A stretch of DNA of 64,000 nt from Alphaproteobacteria bacterium UBA830 (GTDB taxonomy: Bacteria; Pseudomonadota; Alphaproteobacteria; MPNO01; UBA830), in contig DBHK01000003.1 of the NCBI GenBank assembly GCA_002295635.1, positions 12,561-76,560 on the forward strand, in the 5' to 3' direction. The notes beneath the pieces were generated by a model. The model made no database searches, was not told where the DNA came from, and saw only the letters and a program-made list of their open reading frames with translations. This document shows positions 28,637 to 38,866 of the stretch, in pieces. The position numbers and the translations under genes are program-made. The number at the start of each line of letters is the position of its first letter. The stretch's first letter is position 1.

Positions 28637-30085
28637 TCAACCCAATCCTGGAAAACGGATGCCGGTGAACTTTGTATACGATAGCTCTTTCATCGCGTAC
28701 TTAACTCCCTCGCGGCCGTAGCCGCTGTCACCGACGCCTCCGAAGGGCGTCGTGTCCATTCGGAAGCGGCTACCCTCATTGATCCAAACCGATCCGACAT
28801 GCAGATCCTTTGATACTTTGAACGCATTCTCTAGGCTAGATGTAAAGCAAGACGATTGTAGACCGAATACGGAATCGTTAGCGATAGCGATGGCGTCATC
28901 GACATCTTTTGCCGGGATCACTACAGCGACAGGGCCGAAAATCTCGTCCCTTACGACGCCGGCATTCTGAGGCGGTTCCACTAGGATTGTAGGGTATATA
29001 ATTGCGCCTACTCGTTTAAGTGGTAGGGCCTCTTTAGCGCCGTCAGCGACCGCGTCGGCAACCATCTGCTCCACCCGGTCCGCATTAGCGGCGTTGACCA
29101 TTGGACCGACGTCGGTTTCTGGTAGTGTTGGGTCGCCGACGGTTAACCCCTTTGCGGCGGCGATAAAGTGGGGCAGGAAATCGTTTATAGCGGTCTGTTC
29201 CACGATGATTCGCTGCGCCGAGATGCATTGTTGGCCGCTCGCTTCAAATGCCGAGGGCACAATGCGTTTAGCAGCGTCTTCCAGATCGGCATCGGCGCAG
29301 ACGATATTGGCTGAATTGCCACCCAATTCGCCGATGAAGGGCTTTGCACCCGCCGCGCTAGCTAGTGCATTGCCCGCGGCGGTGCCGCCGGTCAGCGTAA
29401 CAAGTGCGACGTCTCTATGGGCAACAAGATGTTCTGTAACGTCTCGTCGGCATGCAACAACGTTGACCAAACCGTCGGGCACGCCGGCGCGTCTAAAACA
29501 TTCGGCGATCAGCAATGCCTCCCCAACTCCCTCGAACGCTGGCTTGATCAGTACAGCGTTACCCATAGCGATAGCCGGCGCCAGTTTCTGCATCAGTAGG
29601 TTCGACGGTGCATTGAACGGTGTGAAAGCAGCGATTACACCGTGCGGGTGATGTCGGGTAAAGCCAAACCGACCCTTACCCATAGGTAACGCATCGAGCG
29701 GCAGTACATCGCCCTCCATGCGTAGGAGTTCCTCTGCGCAGAGTCGGGGGAAAGCAACTGATCGACCGACTTCCACTCCGCAGGCACGGCGGGGTTTGCC
29801 GAGCGCGCGCATGGTGATTTCAGAGATCTCGTCTTTTTCTTTTTCGACCTCGTGGGCAGCGTCGCGCAACCATACCGCCCGTTCGGCAGGCGTGACGTTA
29901 AGATTCTCCTCGAACGCACTCCGTGCACTGGCGATGGCGGCATCGATGGTATCAGAATTTGCCATAGCCACGCGGAATACCAATTCGTCGTTCCATGGCG
30001 AGCGCAAATCTTCAGTTTTTGCATTTGGTGTGGGGTATGGTTTGCCGTCGATCCACGGCCAAGTGGTCTGTATTTCGTCGCTCAT
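28637..30085 (-). CDS. Aldehyde dehydrogenase
   Basis: PFNAP, IKPA, ELGGNS, catalytic GQQCIS, EIFGPV, PFGG. Confidence 0.93.
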   Translation of the reverse strand: MSDEIQTTWPWIDGKPYPTPNAKTEDLRSPWNDELVFRVAMANSDTIDAAIASARSAFEENLNVTPAERAVWLRDAAHEVEKEKDEISEITMRALGKPRRACGVEVGRSVAFPRLCAEELLRMEGDVLPLDALPMGKGRFGFTRHHPHGVIAAFTPFNAPSNLLMQKLAPAIAMGNAVLIKPAFEGVGEALLIAECFRRAGVPDGLVNVVACRRDVTEHLVAHRDVALVTLTGGTAAGNALASAAGAKPFIGELGGNSANIVCADADLEDAAKRIVPSAFEASGQQCISAQRIIVEQTAINDFLPHFIAAAKGLTVGDPTLPETDVGPMVNAANADRVEQMVADAVADGAKEALPLKRVGAIIYPTILVEPPQNAGVVRDEIFGPVAVVIPAKDVDDAIAIANDSVFGLQSSCFTSSLENAFKVSKDLHVGSVWINEGSRFRMDTTPFGGVGDSGYGREGVKYAMKELSYTKFTGIRFPGLG

Positions 30086-30163
30086 TGCCTATTACTCCTA
30101 TAATTTCCCCTGAGTATGCCTGCGATGCTAACATGTTTCAAAAATGTGAGAGAGAGCAAGATT

Positions 30164-30952
30164 ATGGTTAATGATATAACGGTGACGGCGAACTATCACA
30201 GCCTGAAAGATCGGGTGGTGATCATCACTGGTGGTGGTCAGGGTATCGGGCGCGGCTATGCACGCCACTTTGCAGCTCAGGGTGCAATCCCCGTAATCGC
30301 GGAAGTGAATGGCGAGAAGGCCCTGGCGGTCAAGAAAGAGATTGAGGCCGAGGGTGGCTGCGCTCTGGCATTCGAGACCGACGTGGGATCCATGAATTCG
30401 GTTTCTCACATGGTCGACGCGGTACTCAATGAGACCGGGCGTGTCGACGTACTGATTAACAACGCGGCCGTATTTTCTCAGATCACTATGGCACCTTTCT
30501 GGGAACTGCCACTAGATGAATGGGATAGTGCCATGCAAGTAAACATCACGGGCTCGTTCTATTGCGCCAGAGCGGTGGCGCCCTTGATGCAGGATGCGAA
30601 ATGGGGCCGTATCGTCAACGTGGCGTCCGGGACGGTGGCTATCGGGTCAGCCAATTACCTTCACTACATCACTTCAAAATCGGCTATGATCGGCATGACC
30701 CGGTCGATGGCGCGCGAACTGGGACCCTGGAACATCACCGTAAATACATTCTGGCCCGGCATAATCAAGACCGAGGTGCCACGCCCGTCGGCCCCGGAAA
30801 AAGTATTTGAAATGTTCGCGAAGCAGCAATGCTTGCCGCGACTGACTACGATCGAGGACCTCGCCAAGCCGATGCTGTTTCTTTGCTCGGAAGAGGCGAA
30901 GTTTATGACCGGCCAGATTTTCGAGCCGGATGGCGGTTTGAGCTTTAACTAG
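30164..30952 (+). CDS. SDR-family oxidoreductase
   Basis: TGGGQGIG, LINNAA, YITSK (YxxxK). Confidence 0.93.
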   Translation: MVNDITVTANYHSLKDRVVIITGGGQGIGRGYARHFAAQGAIPVIAEVNGEKALAVKKEIEAEGGCALAFETDVGSMNSVSHMVDAVLNETGRVDVLINNAAVFSQITMAPFWELPLDEWDSAMQVNITGSFYCARAVAPLMQDAKWGRIVNVASGTVAIGSANYLHYITSKSAMIGMTRSMARELGPWNITVNTFWPGIIKTEVPRPSAPEKVFEMFAKQQCLPRLTTIEDLAKPMLFLCSEEAKFMTGQIFEPDGGLSFN

Positions 30953-31102
30953 TATCCTTGATCTGAGCTATTGATTTTTGTCAACTGCGAGACTTTGTCC
31001 CTTTTTAGGAACCCGTAGTTGAGATTTCGGCGTCGACTGCACGGAGCTGTGAACGCGAAATTAAAAAAAGCCGGAACGGTCTCACGTAAACGGCAAAATT
31101 AA

Positions 31103-31633
31103 TTAGCTTTCCAGATGTGCGTTGCGGTTTTTGTATAGTTTATCATCCGCATAGCCCATCCTGTCCGGATCCCGACCCTTGCCTAGCATTACCTGCATGT
31201 AAACCGGCTCGACCGAGTCGTTTTGATAGCCGTGGATGACACCGGCGGGGCAGGAGACGCAGTCCCAAGGGCCGAGATGGCGCTCGATGCGCTTGCCGCT
31301 CTCATCTTCGAAAAACACCGTTAGGTGTCCCTTTAGGATAAAAAAGACTTCCTCCACTTCGTGGGTGTGGGCCGCATTGCCTTCGCCCGCTGGTACATAC
31401 ATAACGCTAAGCGTGAAGGCACCGGCGGGAATAATGGAATCATCACCCTTCCCGCTGGTGTTGCCGATGAAGCGATGTTGCGCTCGGCGATAGCCATCGA
31501 TGAGGGCGTCGGCGAAGGCGGACCAGTCCGGTTTGCGGTCACTGAAATGTGCAACCTGCCGGTCTGCGATCTCCTCAATGCTGACGCCCTCGAATTCAGG
31601 CGGTCGCGGATGGCGCGCGATGTTTTCCGCCAT
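31103..31633 (-). CDS. Cupin-domain protein (copy 1)
   Basis: HTHEVEEVFFILKG and PAGVIHG cupin metal motifs. Confidence 0.9.
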   Translation of the reverse strand: MAENIARHPRPPEFEGVSIEEIADRQVAHFSDRKPDWSAFADALIDGYRRAQHRFIGNTSGKGDDSIIPAGAFTLSVMYVPAGEGNAAHTHEVEEVFFILKGHLTVFFEDESGKRIERHLGPWDCVSCPAGVIHGYQNDSVEPVYMQVMLGKGRDPDRMGYADDKLYKNRNAHLES

Positions 31634-31644
31634 TAAGGTTGCTC

Positions 31645-32613
31645 CTACTTAATAAATGCGTTGGTGAAATAGTCGCTGGTTGGAGCCTTTGCCTTGATCT
31701 GATCGTATTCTACTAGGATGTTCTGCGCGTTCTCTATATCTGCTGGCGGAATCCACCCCAGCGGCTTCCCTTTACTTGCCGCGCTATGATACAGGTCGAA
31801 CGACGATTTCAGAATGGCCAGATGGACATCCCGGTTCAAGGTTGGCTTAACCTTGCGCAGCGCATCGATCGCTGCTTCTGGGTTTTTCTGAACGATCTCC
31901 ATCGCTTCTTGAACGGATGCTACCATCCGTCCGACAAGATTGCTTTTTTTAGCGATCAGGTCCTCATGGGCAATGACGGCAAGTCCCGGCACGTTAACCC
32001 CAGCATCTGCGAAACTGAAATAATCGGCAGGCGTGCCTTTGGATGCCATGATTGGCTTTTGCAGAAATCCGAAAGAATTAGTCCCATCTGCTTTGCCGGA
32101 TAGAACAGAACTAACCTTGGCGGGTGGAGCGACCAAGATGGTCTTGTTGCCTTTAAGTCCCATGGCTTTCTGAACGGCCTTGAAGAGGAAAATCGTACTG
32201 CCGCCAGCAGAATCCGCTATCTTGGCGTTGTTCACATCTTTCCAGCTTTTCCAGCCCTTAGATTTTGGGAAGATCAGTGCGCTAGGGCCCGTCCGCAAAT
32301 AGCCAGCGACCATCTTGGTCTTTAGGCCTTTCGACCTCAACACCATCATCGCGCCCCCATCGGCAGTGCCGAATTCGTCGGACTGGTTGCCGACAGTCTG
32401 TGACGTTGTCATCGATCCGCGGCCTTCGCGCAGATTGACATTTATACCGTTCTTGGCGAAGACGCCCTTTTCTTTGGCGTAGTGCCAGACGGCGTGATAG
32501 CCGCCCAGTACCCAGTCGAGGCGAAGCGTGACGTTGTCAGCGGCATGGGCTGGTCCCGTCAGAACGGCCGCTAGGGCGCCGGCTGCAATTAGTGATTTTG
32601 TTGTCGATTTCAT
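31645..32613 (-). CDS. ABC substrate-binding protein, NMT1/THI5 family
   Basis: Signal peptide from ATG 32613; TLRLDW...H, KGVFAKNGINV, EGRGS. Confidence 0.88.
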   Translation of the reverse strand: MKSTTKSLIAAGALAAVLTGPAHAADNVTLRLDWVLGGYHAVWHYAKEKGVFAKNGINVNLREGRGSMTTSQTVGNQSDEFGTADGGAMMVLRSKGLKTKMVAGYLRTGPSALIFPKSKGWKSWKDVNNAKIADSAGGSTIFLFKAVQKAMGLKGNKTILVAPPAKVSSVLSGKADGTNSFGFLQKPIMASKGTPADYFSFADAGVNVPGLAVIAHEDLIAKKSNLVGRMVASVQEAMEIVQKNPEAAIDALRKVKPTLNRDVHLAILKSSFDLYHSAASKGKPLGWIPPADIENAQNILVEYDQIKAKAPTSDYFTNAFIK

Positions 32614-32671
32614 CGGTCTCTCCTTTGTTCTTGTTGAAATTGCAGTAACTTTGATTGATCGTTTCTTATTA

Positions 32672-33490
32672 TTATTGCGCGTGACTCCGCTGTGAAACGT
32701 GCCACGGGATAAGCAGCTTTTCGAGTAGTTCGATGGCATAGAAGAAAATCATGGCGAGGACCGATAGGACGATCAGCACGCCGAATAGCAGCGCCGTGTT
32801 CATTTCTCCCGACGCGCTTAGCAGGATGTAGCCGAGCCCCGAATCCGATGCGATATATTCTCCGGTGAGCGCGCCGACTACGGCCAACGCGGAAGCGACT
32901 TTTAATCCACCGAACATGCTTGGTAGTGCGCCAGGAAGGCGAAGTTTCAGGAAAACCCGCGACGCCGGCGCGCCCATTGATCGGGCGAGCTGGATCAGTG
33001 AGGGATCGATACTACGTAGCCCTACTATGGTGTCGACCACGATGGGGAAGAAACAGATCAAGAATGTGACTGCTACCTTGGTTTCGAGACCGAACCCGAA
33101 CCAAACTATGAACAGCGGTGCCAAGGCGATCTTCGGAATGCTCTGAGTCGCGACTAGCGGCGGATAAAGCAGCCGTTCGACCTGTGGCGAGATGACGATC
33201 AGGATCGCGATCGGAACTGCAAAGATTACGGCCAGCACGTAGCCGAGTAGGACGGCGATGGTAGTGTCGCCGGCATTTTCGACTATGGTGCCCCAGTGGT
33301 CTATCACCGAATTAACGACCGCCAACGGCCGGGGCAGCAAATGGGCGGGAAAATCGAAGATGGCGACCAGCGCCTCCCAAAGAACCAGGACGATAACTAG
33401 GGACAGGAACATCCAGAAAGCGTCGATATGCCAGCCGTGCGCGCGGGCGGAGAAAAAAGAATACCGTTTGAGCTCTGTCTGATCGGCCAT
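32672..33490 (-). CDS. ABC permease (NitT/TauT/SsuC type)
   Basis: IPKIALAPL, FFPIV, RSMGA, LPGALP. Confidence 0.92.
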   Translation of the reverse strand: MADQTELKRYSFFSARAHGWHIDAFWMFLSLVIVLVLWEALVAIFDFPAHLLPRPLAVVNSVIDHWGTIVENAGDTTIAVLLGYVLAVIFAVPIAILIVISPQVERLLYPPLVATQSIPKIALAPLFIVWFGFGLETKVAVTFLICFFPIVVDTIVGLRSIDPSLIQLARSMGAPASRVFLKLRLPGALPSMFGGLKVASALAVVGALTGEYIASDSGLGYILLSASGEMNTALLFGVLIVLSVLAMIFFYAIELLEKLLIPWHVSQRSHAQ

Positions 33491-33513
33491 GTAGGGTCTT
33501 CCTGAGTTTGCTG

Positions 33514-34335
33514 TTAGTGAATGACGCCCATTTCTTGAAACAAAAGTCTGACGCGGTGGACGATTGCCCCGAACTCGGCAGAATCGCGGACGCTGAGGTC
33601 GCGCGGCCGGTCTATATCGACATCGATGATTTCCCGGACCTTGCCCGGCCGCGCCGACATCACCACGATACGGTCGGACAGGTAAACCGCTTCGGCGATA
33701 CTATGGGTGATGAAGAGAACTGTCTTTTGCGTTTCTTGCCACATACCAAGCAGATCTGACTGCATCTGCTCGCGGGTCAGCGCATCAAGTGCGCCGAAAG
33801 GCTCATCCATTAGCAGCATAGGTGGGTCCAGCAGCAGTGCCCGGCAGAGGGCAACACGCTGCCGCATTCCGCCCGATAGTTCGAACGGTCGCTTGTCTTC
33901 GAACCCTTCAAGGCCGACCGATTTTAGTAGTTCCCGAGCACGGGGAGTATGTTTTTTTGAGTCCATTCCGCGCATATCGCATTGCAACAGTACGTTGCGC
34001 AACACAGTGCGCCAATCCAGCAATAGGTCGCTCTGAAATGCAAACCCAAGGTCAGTGTATGGCCCATCGACCTTTTCCCCGTCGATACGTATTTCTCCCC
34101 GCGTCGTTTCGAGAAGGCCAGAAACGAGGTTTAGAAGGGTGCTTTTACCGCAGCCGCTGGGACCGACAATGGATAGGAATTCGCCGCGGCCAATCTCCAT
34201 ATCGGTATCTTCCAGCGCAATGATATGTTCCCCATCCTGTCCCGTGAACGTTTTGCCGACGCCCTGGATCTTGATCATCGCATCCGTTGAAGCGGAGCTT
34301 ATGCTTGCGTCCGTGAACAAGGCATCATTGGGCAT
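33514..34335 (-). CDS. ABC ATP-binding protein (NitT/TauT type)
   Basis: GPSGCGKST, LSGGMRQR, MDEPFGALD. Confidence 0.95.
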   Translation of the reverse strand: MPNDALFTDASISSASTDAMIKIQGVGKTFTGQDGEHIIALEDTDMEIGRGEFLSIVGPSGCGKSTLLNLVSGLLETTRGEIRIDGEKVDGPYTDLGFAFQSDLLLDWRTVLRNVLLQCDMRGMDSKKHTPRARELLKSVGLEGFEDKRPFELSGGMRQRVALCRALLLDPPMLLMDEPFGALDALTREQMQSDLLGMWQETQKTVLFITHSIAEAVYLSDRIVVMSARPGKVREIIDVDIDRPRDLSVRDSAEFGAIVHRVRLLFQEMGVIH

Positions 34336-36710
34336 CAGGCTTTACCTCCGTCGAAAATGTCCGCCACGACGCTCCAGCGTACGGGCGTAGAATTTAGTTC
34401 CGCCTTGAACGGGCGAAGCGCGTCACAGACTGCATTGGCGATCACTACCGGGGGCGCGATGGCGCCCCCCTCGCCAAGGCCTTTTACGCCAAAAGCATTC
34501 AATGGCGACGGGGTCTCCATGTGAATGACTTCGATCGGCGGCACGTCGGAGGCTGAGGGTAGCAGGTAATCCGCGAGGCTGCCCGTTAGCAGCTGTCCTT
34601 CTTCGTCATAGGCCAATTCTTCCAATAATCCGCCACCGATGCCCTGTACTAGCCCGCCTTTAACCTGCCCGTCAGCGAGCCCAGGGTTCACCAGGACGCC
34701 GGCATCGTGTACCTCGACATATTTTTCGATATCGAGCTTCCCGGTTTCCTCGTCGATCCATACCAGGGCAGCATTAGCTGCGTAGGCCCAAGTCACCGTC
34801 GGCGGTTCGTAATAAGACGTGGATTCTAGACCTGCCTCGATCCCGTCGGGGCGCTGATTATCCCAGCCGGGCTTGGCGGCGCGGGCAATGTCGCGCCAGG
34901 TAACATGTAGATCCGGCACACCTTTGACGCCAATGCCCGCGTCCCGCATTTCCAAATCGGTTTCGCCGGCTTCAAGCATGTTTGCGGCGATGGCAAAGGC
35001 TTTCTCTTGCACGGTGTCGGAGGCGACTTTTATTGCGCCCGAGGCAGTCACGGTGCTGCGGCTGGCGATGGTTCCATAGCCTTGGGTTACCTGCCCGGTA
35101 TCGGCGACGGTCACGAACACGTCGTCGATCGGCACTTGCCACATGTCAGCGGCGAACTGCGCGAAGACTGTCTCGTGACCTTGGCCCTGCGGGCAGGCGC
35201 CCGCAGCAACCATGATTTTTCCAGTGGGATCGATCTTTACCGACGCTCCTTCGAATGGGCCAACGCCGGTACCTTCCACGTAGCAGCCTATACCGAGGCC
35301 GAGATATTTTCCGTCCGCCAGAGCTTCTTTCTGTCTTGCGCGGATTCCGTTCAGTCCTCCAAGCGCGTCGAGTGCGCGGTTGAGCGCTTCCGGATAATTT
35401 CCACTGTCATAGACCATTGGTACGCCATCTCGGTATGTCAGTCCTACATCGTAGGGCATCGCTTCGGCTGGGATCATGTTGAGGAACCTCACCTCGGCTG
35501 GGTCGAGGTTGAGATGATTGGCAACTAGGTCGACCGCTCGCTCCATCGCAAATCCAACTTCCGGCCGCCCGGCGCCGCGATAGGGTGCGTTCGGTGTACG
35601 ATTGGTTAGCACTACTTTACAATCAGTTTCATAGTGGGCGATATCGTATGGACCCAGCATGTGGGCAATGGAATTGCCAGCGATGCCTGCGCCGACCGGG
35701 GTGTAGGCACCGGAGTCCACCAGAAACGAGCTGGTGAGGGCAAGAATTTTTCCTTCGTCGTTGAACCCGATTTCGACGTCGTAGATATTATCGCGTGAAT
35801 GGGCAGCGTTTAGGATGTGTTCGTGTCGATCTTCCACCCACTTAACCGGACGGTCTAGTTTCTTAGACAGCCATGCCACCAGAATATCTTCCGGGTAAAC
35901 GTGGCCCTTTCCTCCGAACCCACCGCCGACATCCGGCGCGATGCAGCGTATACGTTCTTCCGGCATATCGAGCGCGATTGAAATTTCTCTTCGCACCCAG
36001 TGAACGACCTGAGTCGCGGACCACACGGTCAGCATATCAGTGCGACGATCGTATTCGGCCACCACGCCGCGGGTTTCCATAGGCATGGCTGCGTATCGGT
36101 GGTGGACAAAGCGCCGGCTCAGGCGGTTCGGACAGGATTCCATCGCTGCGGCGCCATCGCCCTTCTTCGTGTGCAGAAATGCGGCAACGTTGCGACCGAG
36201 ATGTTCGTGGATTAGTTCCGCTCCATCTGCTAGGGCGGATTCCGCATCCGCCTGCGGAGGTAGCGGGTCAAGCTCCGCTTCGATCAACTCTAGAGCGTCT
36301 TCGGCAATGTATCGGTTTTCGGCAACTGCGAGCGCAAATGCCTCGCCTACGTAGCGGACGCGGTCTTGCGGGATAAGCGGCTGATCGGGGATAACTATGT
36401 CAGTGTCGACCCGGTCGCGCCAGCCCTGCGGCGTGACTACCTGCATGCCATTGATGGGTGGAAGTTCAGCGCAGACATCTGCGCCTGATGCGACAAAATG
36501 TACGCCGTCAACGGAGCGGGCCGCCTCTGTATAGACGGAGCCTATCGTTGCGTGGGGAAGGGGGGATCTCGCAAAGGCAGCATGCAACATGTTTGGACGC
36601 TGGATATCTGCGACGAACTCACCTTTGCCCAACAGCAAGTTCTTATCTTCTCGGCGAGGCACGGATTGACCAATATAACCGCCCCGGTCGCGTCGTATAT
36701 CTTCAGCCAT
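34335..36710 (-). CDS. Xanthine-dehydrogenase-family molybdopterin large subunit (CoxL-like, not form I CODH)
   Basis: DVGGGFGGKG, PYRGAGRPE, QGQGHET, GVKGLGEGG; ATG 36710. Confidence 0.92.
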   Translation of the reverse strand: MAEDIRRDRGGYIGQSVPRREDKNLLLGKGEFVADIQRPNMLHAAFARSPLPHATIGSVYTEAARSVDGVHFVASGADVCAELPPINGMQVVTPQGWRDRVDTDIVIPDQPLIPQDRVRYVGEAFALAVAENRYIAEDALELIEAELDPLPPQADAESALADGAELIHEHLGRNVAAFLHTKKGDGAAAMESCPNRLSRRFVHHRYAAMPMETRGVVAEYDRRTDMLTVWSATQVVHWVRREISIALDMPEERIRCIAPDVGGGFGGKGHVYPEDILVAWLSKKLDRPVKWVEDRHEHILNAAHSRDNIYDVEIGFNDEGKILALTSSFLVDSGAYTPVGAGIAGNSIAHMLGPYDIAHYETDCKVVLTNRTPNAPYRGAGRPEVGFAMERAVDLVANHLNLDPAEVRFLNMIPAEAMPYDVGLTYRDGVPMVYDSGNYPEALNRALDALGGLNGIRARQKEALADGKYLGLGIGCYVEGTGVGPFEGASVKIDPTGKIMVAAGACPQGQGHETVFAQFAADMWQVPIDDVFVTVADTGQVTQGYGTIASRSTVTASGAIKVASDTVQEKAFAIAANMLEAGETDLEMRDAGIGVKGVPDLHVTWRDIARAAKPGWDNQRPDGIEAGLESTSYYEPPTVTWAYAANAALVWIDEETGKLDIEKYVEVHDAGVLVNPGLADGQVKGGLVQGIGGGLLEELAYDEEGQLLTGSLADYLLPSASDVPPIEVIHMETPSPLNAFGVKGLGEGGAIAPPVVIANAVCDALRPFKAELNSTPVRWSVVADIFDGGKA

Positions 36711-37197
36711 CTTCGGTTTCCTCCCCGTATACCTGCTGGGCATACTCGGTCACCGCGTTGACGATGCCTTCATAACCTGTGCAACGGCAAAGCGCAGCCG
36801 ACATACCGATCCGGATTTCGTCCTTCGTAAGTCTATCTCTGGAATTCACGAGGTCGATGGCGGTCATCAGCATACCGGGGGTACAAAACCCGCATTGTAG
36901 CGCCCGGTGTTCGGAAAACAGTTTTTGCAGTGGATGCATCTCACCGTTGGCCGCAAGGCCTTCGATGGTTTGTATTTCGACACCATCGACCTGAACGGCA
37001 AACATAAGGCAGGATCGCGCCGCCATACCGTCGACGATCACGGTACATGCGCCGCAGACGCCGTGTTCACAGCCCACATGGGTGCCAGTCAGGCGCAATT
37101 CGTCGCGCAGGAAATCAGCCAACAGCATCCGCGGTTCGGCTAGCCCGATATGTGCCGAACCGTTGACGGTGACAGTGACCTTTGTGCGCTCGGTCAT
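36703..37197 (-). CDS. (2Fe-2S) small subunit (CoxS-like)
   Basis: GCEHGVCGACT, QCGFCTPG, CRCTGY. Confidence 0.94.
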   Translation of the reverse strand: MTERTKVTVTVNGSAHIGLAEPRMLLADFLRDELRLTGTHVGCEHGVCGACTVIVDGMAARSCLMFAVQVDGVEIQTIEGLAANGEMHPLQKLFSEHRALQCGFCTPGMLMTAIDLVNSRDRLTKDEIRIGMSAALCRCTGYEGIVNAVTEYAQQVYGEETEDG

Positions 37198-38066
37198 CCA
37201 CTGCTCCTTGCACGATCAGCGGATTTTTGTACTGCGCGTTTTGTCATTACACCAGCTAGTTTCCGGCGATATGCCGCAGTGGCATGTGTGTCACCGTCAG
37301 GGTCCACTTGGGCCGACGCCGCTTGAGCTGCTTGAGACAGGATATCGTCCGACAGCCCGCAGCCGCGGAGGATGGTTTCCGCTTCCGTCAGCCTGACAGG
37401 ACCGGCCCCGACACCGCAAGCAGCTAGCCGAACTTCAGCGATACTATTGCCGGCTAGCGTCACTTGCGCCCCGACGCCTGTCAGTGCAAAGTCGCCGTGG
37501 CGCCGGGAAATCTCGACGAAAGCGGCGCCACTATTTGAAGGAGCTTTTGGTACCCGGATTTCGGTAAGAATCTCATCTACTTCGAGTGTTGTGGTAAGGA
37601 CTCCGCAAAAAAAATCGGCTGCTGCGATGCGACGTTCGCCGCGCACTGAATGGGCCATCAACGTAGCATCGAGCGCTAGCATGGTCGCTGGATACTCCGC
37701 GGCCGGGTCCGCATTTGCGATACTACCACCGATGGTGCCGCGGCTGCGGATCGGCAAATGTGCGATATTGAGCGTCGCGTCATGGACCAGCGGGCAAGCG
37801 GTCCTGACGAGATCAGAATTTTCGACCTCGCGTTCACGGATCATTGCTCCAATCGCTAGAAAATCACCGTCGTCCCGGATATCAGAAAGCCCTGTTAATC
37901 GGTTAAGATCTATCAGTACTCCCGGTCGGGCGAGGCGGAAATTCATCATCGGCACTAGAGACTGACCACCTGCTAATACCCGGGCTTCGGGAGCATGTTC
38001 ACTTAAAAGCTTAACAGCCTCCGACAGGGTTGTCGGCGCAAAGTAGTTGAATGGGCCAGGTTTCAT
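37194..38066 (-). CDS. FAD-binding medium subunit (CoxM-like)
   Basis: AGGQSL, IRSRGTIGGS, ADPAAE, RRHGDFA. Confidence 0.94.
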   Translation of the reverse strand: MKPGPFNYFAPTTLSEAVKLLSEHAPEARVLAGGQSLVPMMNFRLARPGVLIDLNRLTGLSDIRDDGDFLAIGAMIREREVENSDLVRTACPLVHDATLNIAHLPIRSRGTIGGSIANADPAAEYPATMLALDATLMAHSVRGERRIAAADFFCGVLTTTLEVDEILTEIRVPKAPSNSGAAFVEISRRHGDFALTGVGAQVTLAGNSIAEVRLAACGVGAGPVRLTEAETILRGCGLSDDILSQAAQAASAQVDPDGDTHATAAYRRKLAGVMTKRAVQKSADRARSSG

Positions 38067-38190
38067 TTTAGTTTACCGATTTGGCTTTTTACTTGTGTCT
38101 ATTGGTGCATTTAATTTAGTTCTCGTCAAATTGGGGGCTGCGAATAAGCACGCGTCGGGCTATTCTTACAAAAGAAAGGGAGAATTTGAT

Positions 38191-38727
38191 ATGAGTGTTG
38201 CCAGACATCCGCGCCCACCCGAACTTGAGGGTGTAAAGAAAGAAGAGATAGTTGGTAAATATGTGGCCCGCTTCTCTGATCGACAGGCTGACTGGGAGGC
38301 GTTTGAGGATGCCAAGATCGAAGGTTGGAAACGGGCGCAACACCGCTTCATCGGTGCGGGCGGATCGGGAAAACACGATGAGCAAAACGTTATTCCGGCG
38401 AGGGCCCATACGCTGAGTATTATGTTTGTCGAGCCAGGTCAGGGAAATGCCCCCCACACCCACGAGGTTGAGGAGACATTTTTTGTGCTCAAAGGTCACC
38501 TTGACGCTTTCGTAGAAGACGATGATGGCACCCGCACCACTGTACGCCTCGGGCCATGGGACTGCATCAGCTGCCCACCAGGGGTAATCCACGGATATGA
38601 TAATAACAGTCTGGAACCAGTGTGGTTTCAGGTTATGCTCGGCAAGGGGCGTCCGGAGGCTATGGGTTACACCGACGACGAATTGTATCAGCGTCGCGAC
38701 GCTCATTTGAAGGAAGTTTCGAAGTAA
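38191..38727 (+). CDS. Cupin-domain protein (copy 2)
   Basis: HTHEVEETFFVLKG, PPGVIHG; ATG 38191 with AAGGGAG RBS; alignable end to end with 31103-31633. Confidence 0.9.
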   Translation: MSVARHPRPPELEGVKKEEIVGKYVARFSDRQADWEAFEDAKIEGWKRAQHRFIGAGGSGKHDEQNVIPARAHTLSIMFVEPGQGNAPHTHEVEETFFVLKGHLDAFVEDDDGTRTTVRLGPWDCISCPPGVIHGYDNNSLEPVWFQVMLGKGRPEAMGYTDDELYQRRDAHLKEVSK

Positions 38728-38866
38728 TTAGGTCCCCAAGTCCAATTTGTCTTTCTCTGTCGAGAGCAAGTAACGAGTTGTCAATCATATTGTCGGTGCA
38801 GAGTTTGGCTGGTGACAGCAACTGTCCAGTCTGTCACGTAGTATTCGCTTCAGATCATGGTTTTAG

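Noticed and set aside
34335-38066. Aerobic CO dehydrogenase
   Set aside because: Lacks the AYxCSFR copper-binding loop and accessory cox genes
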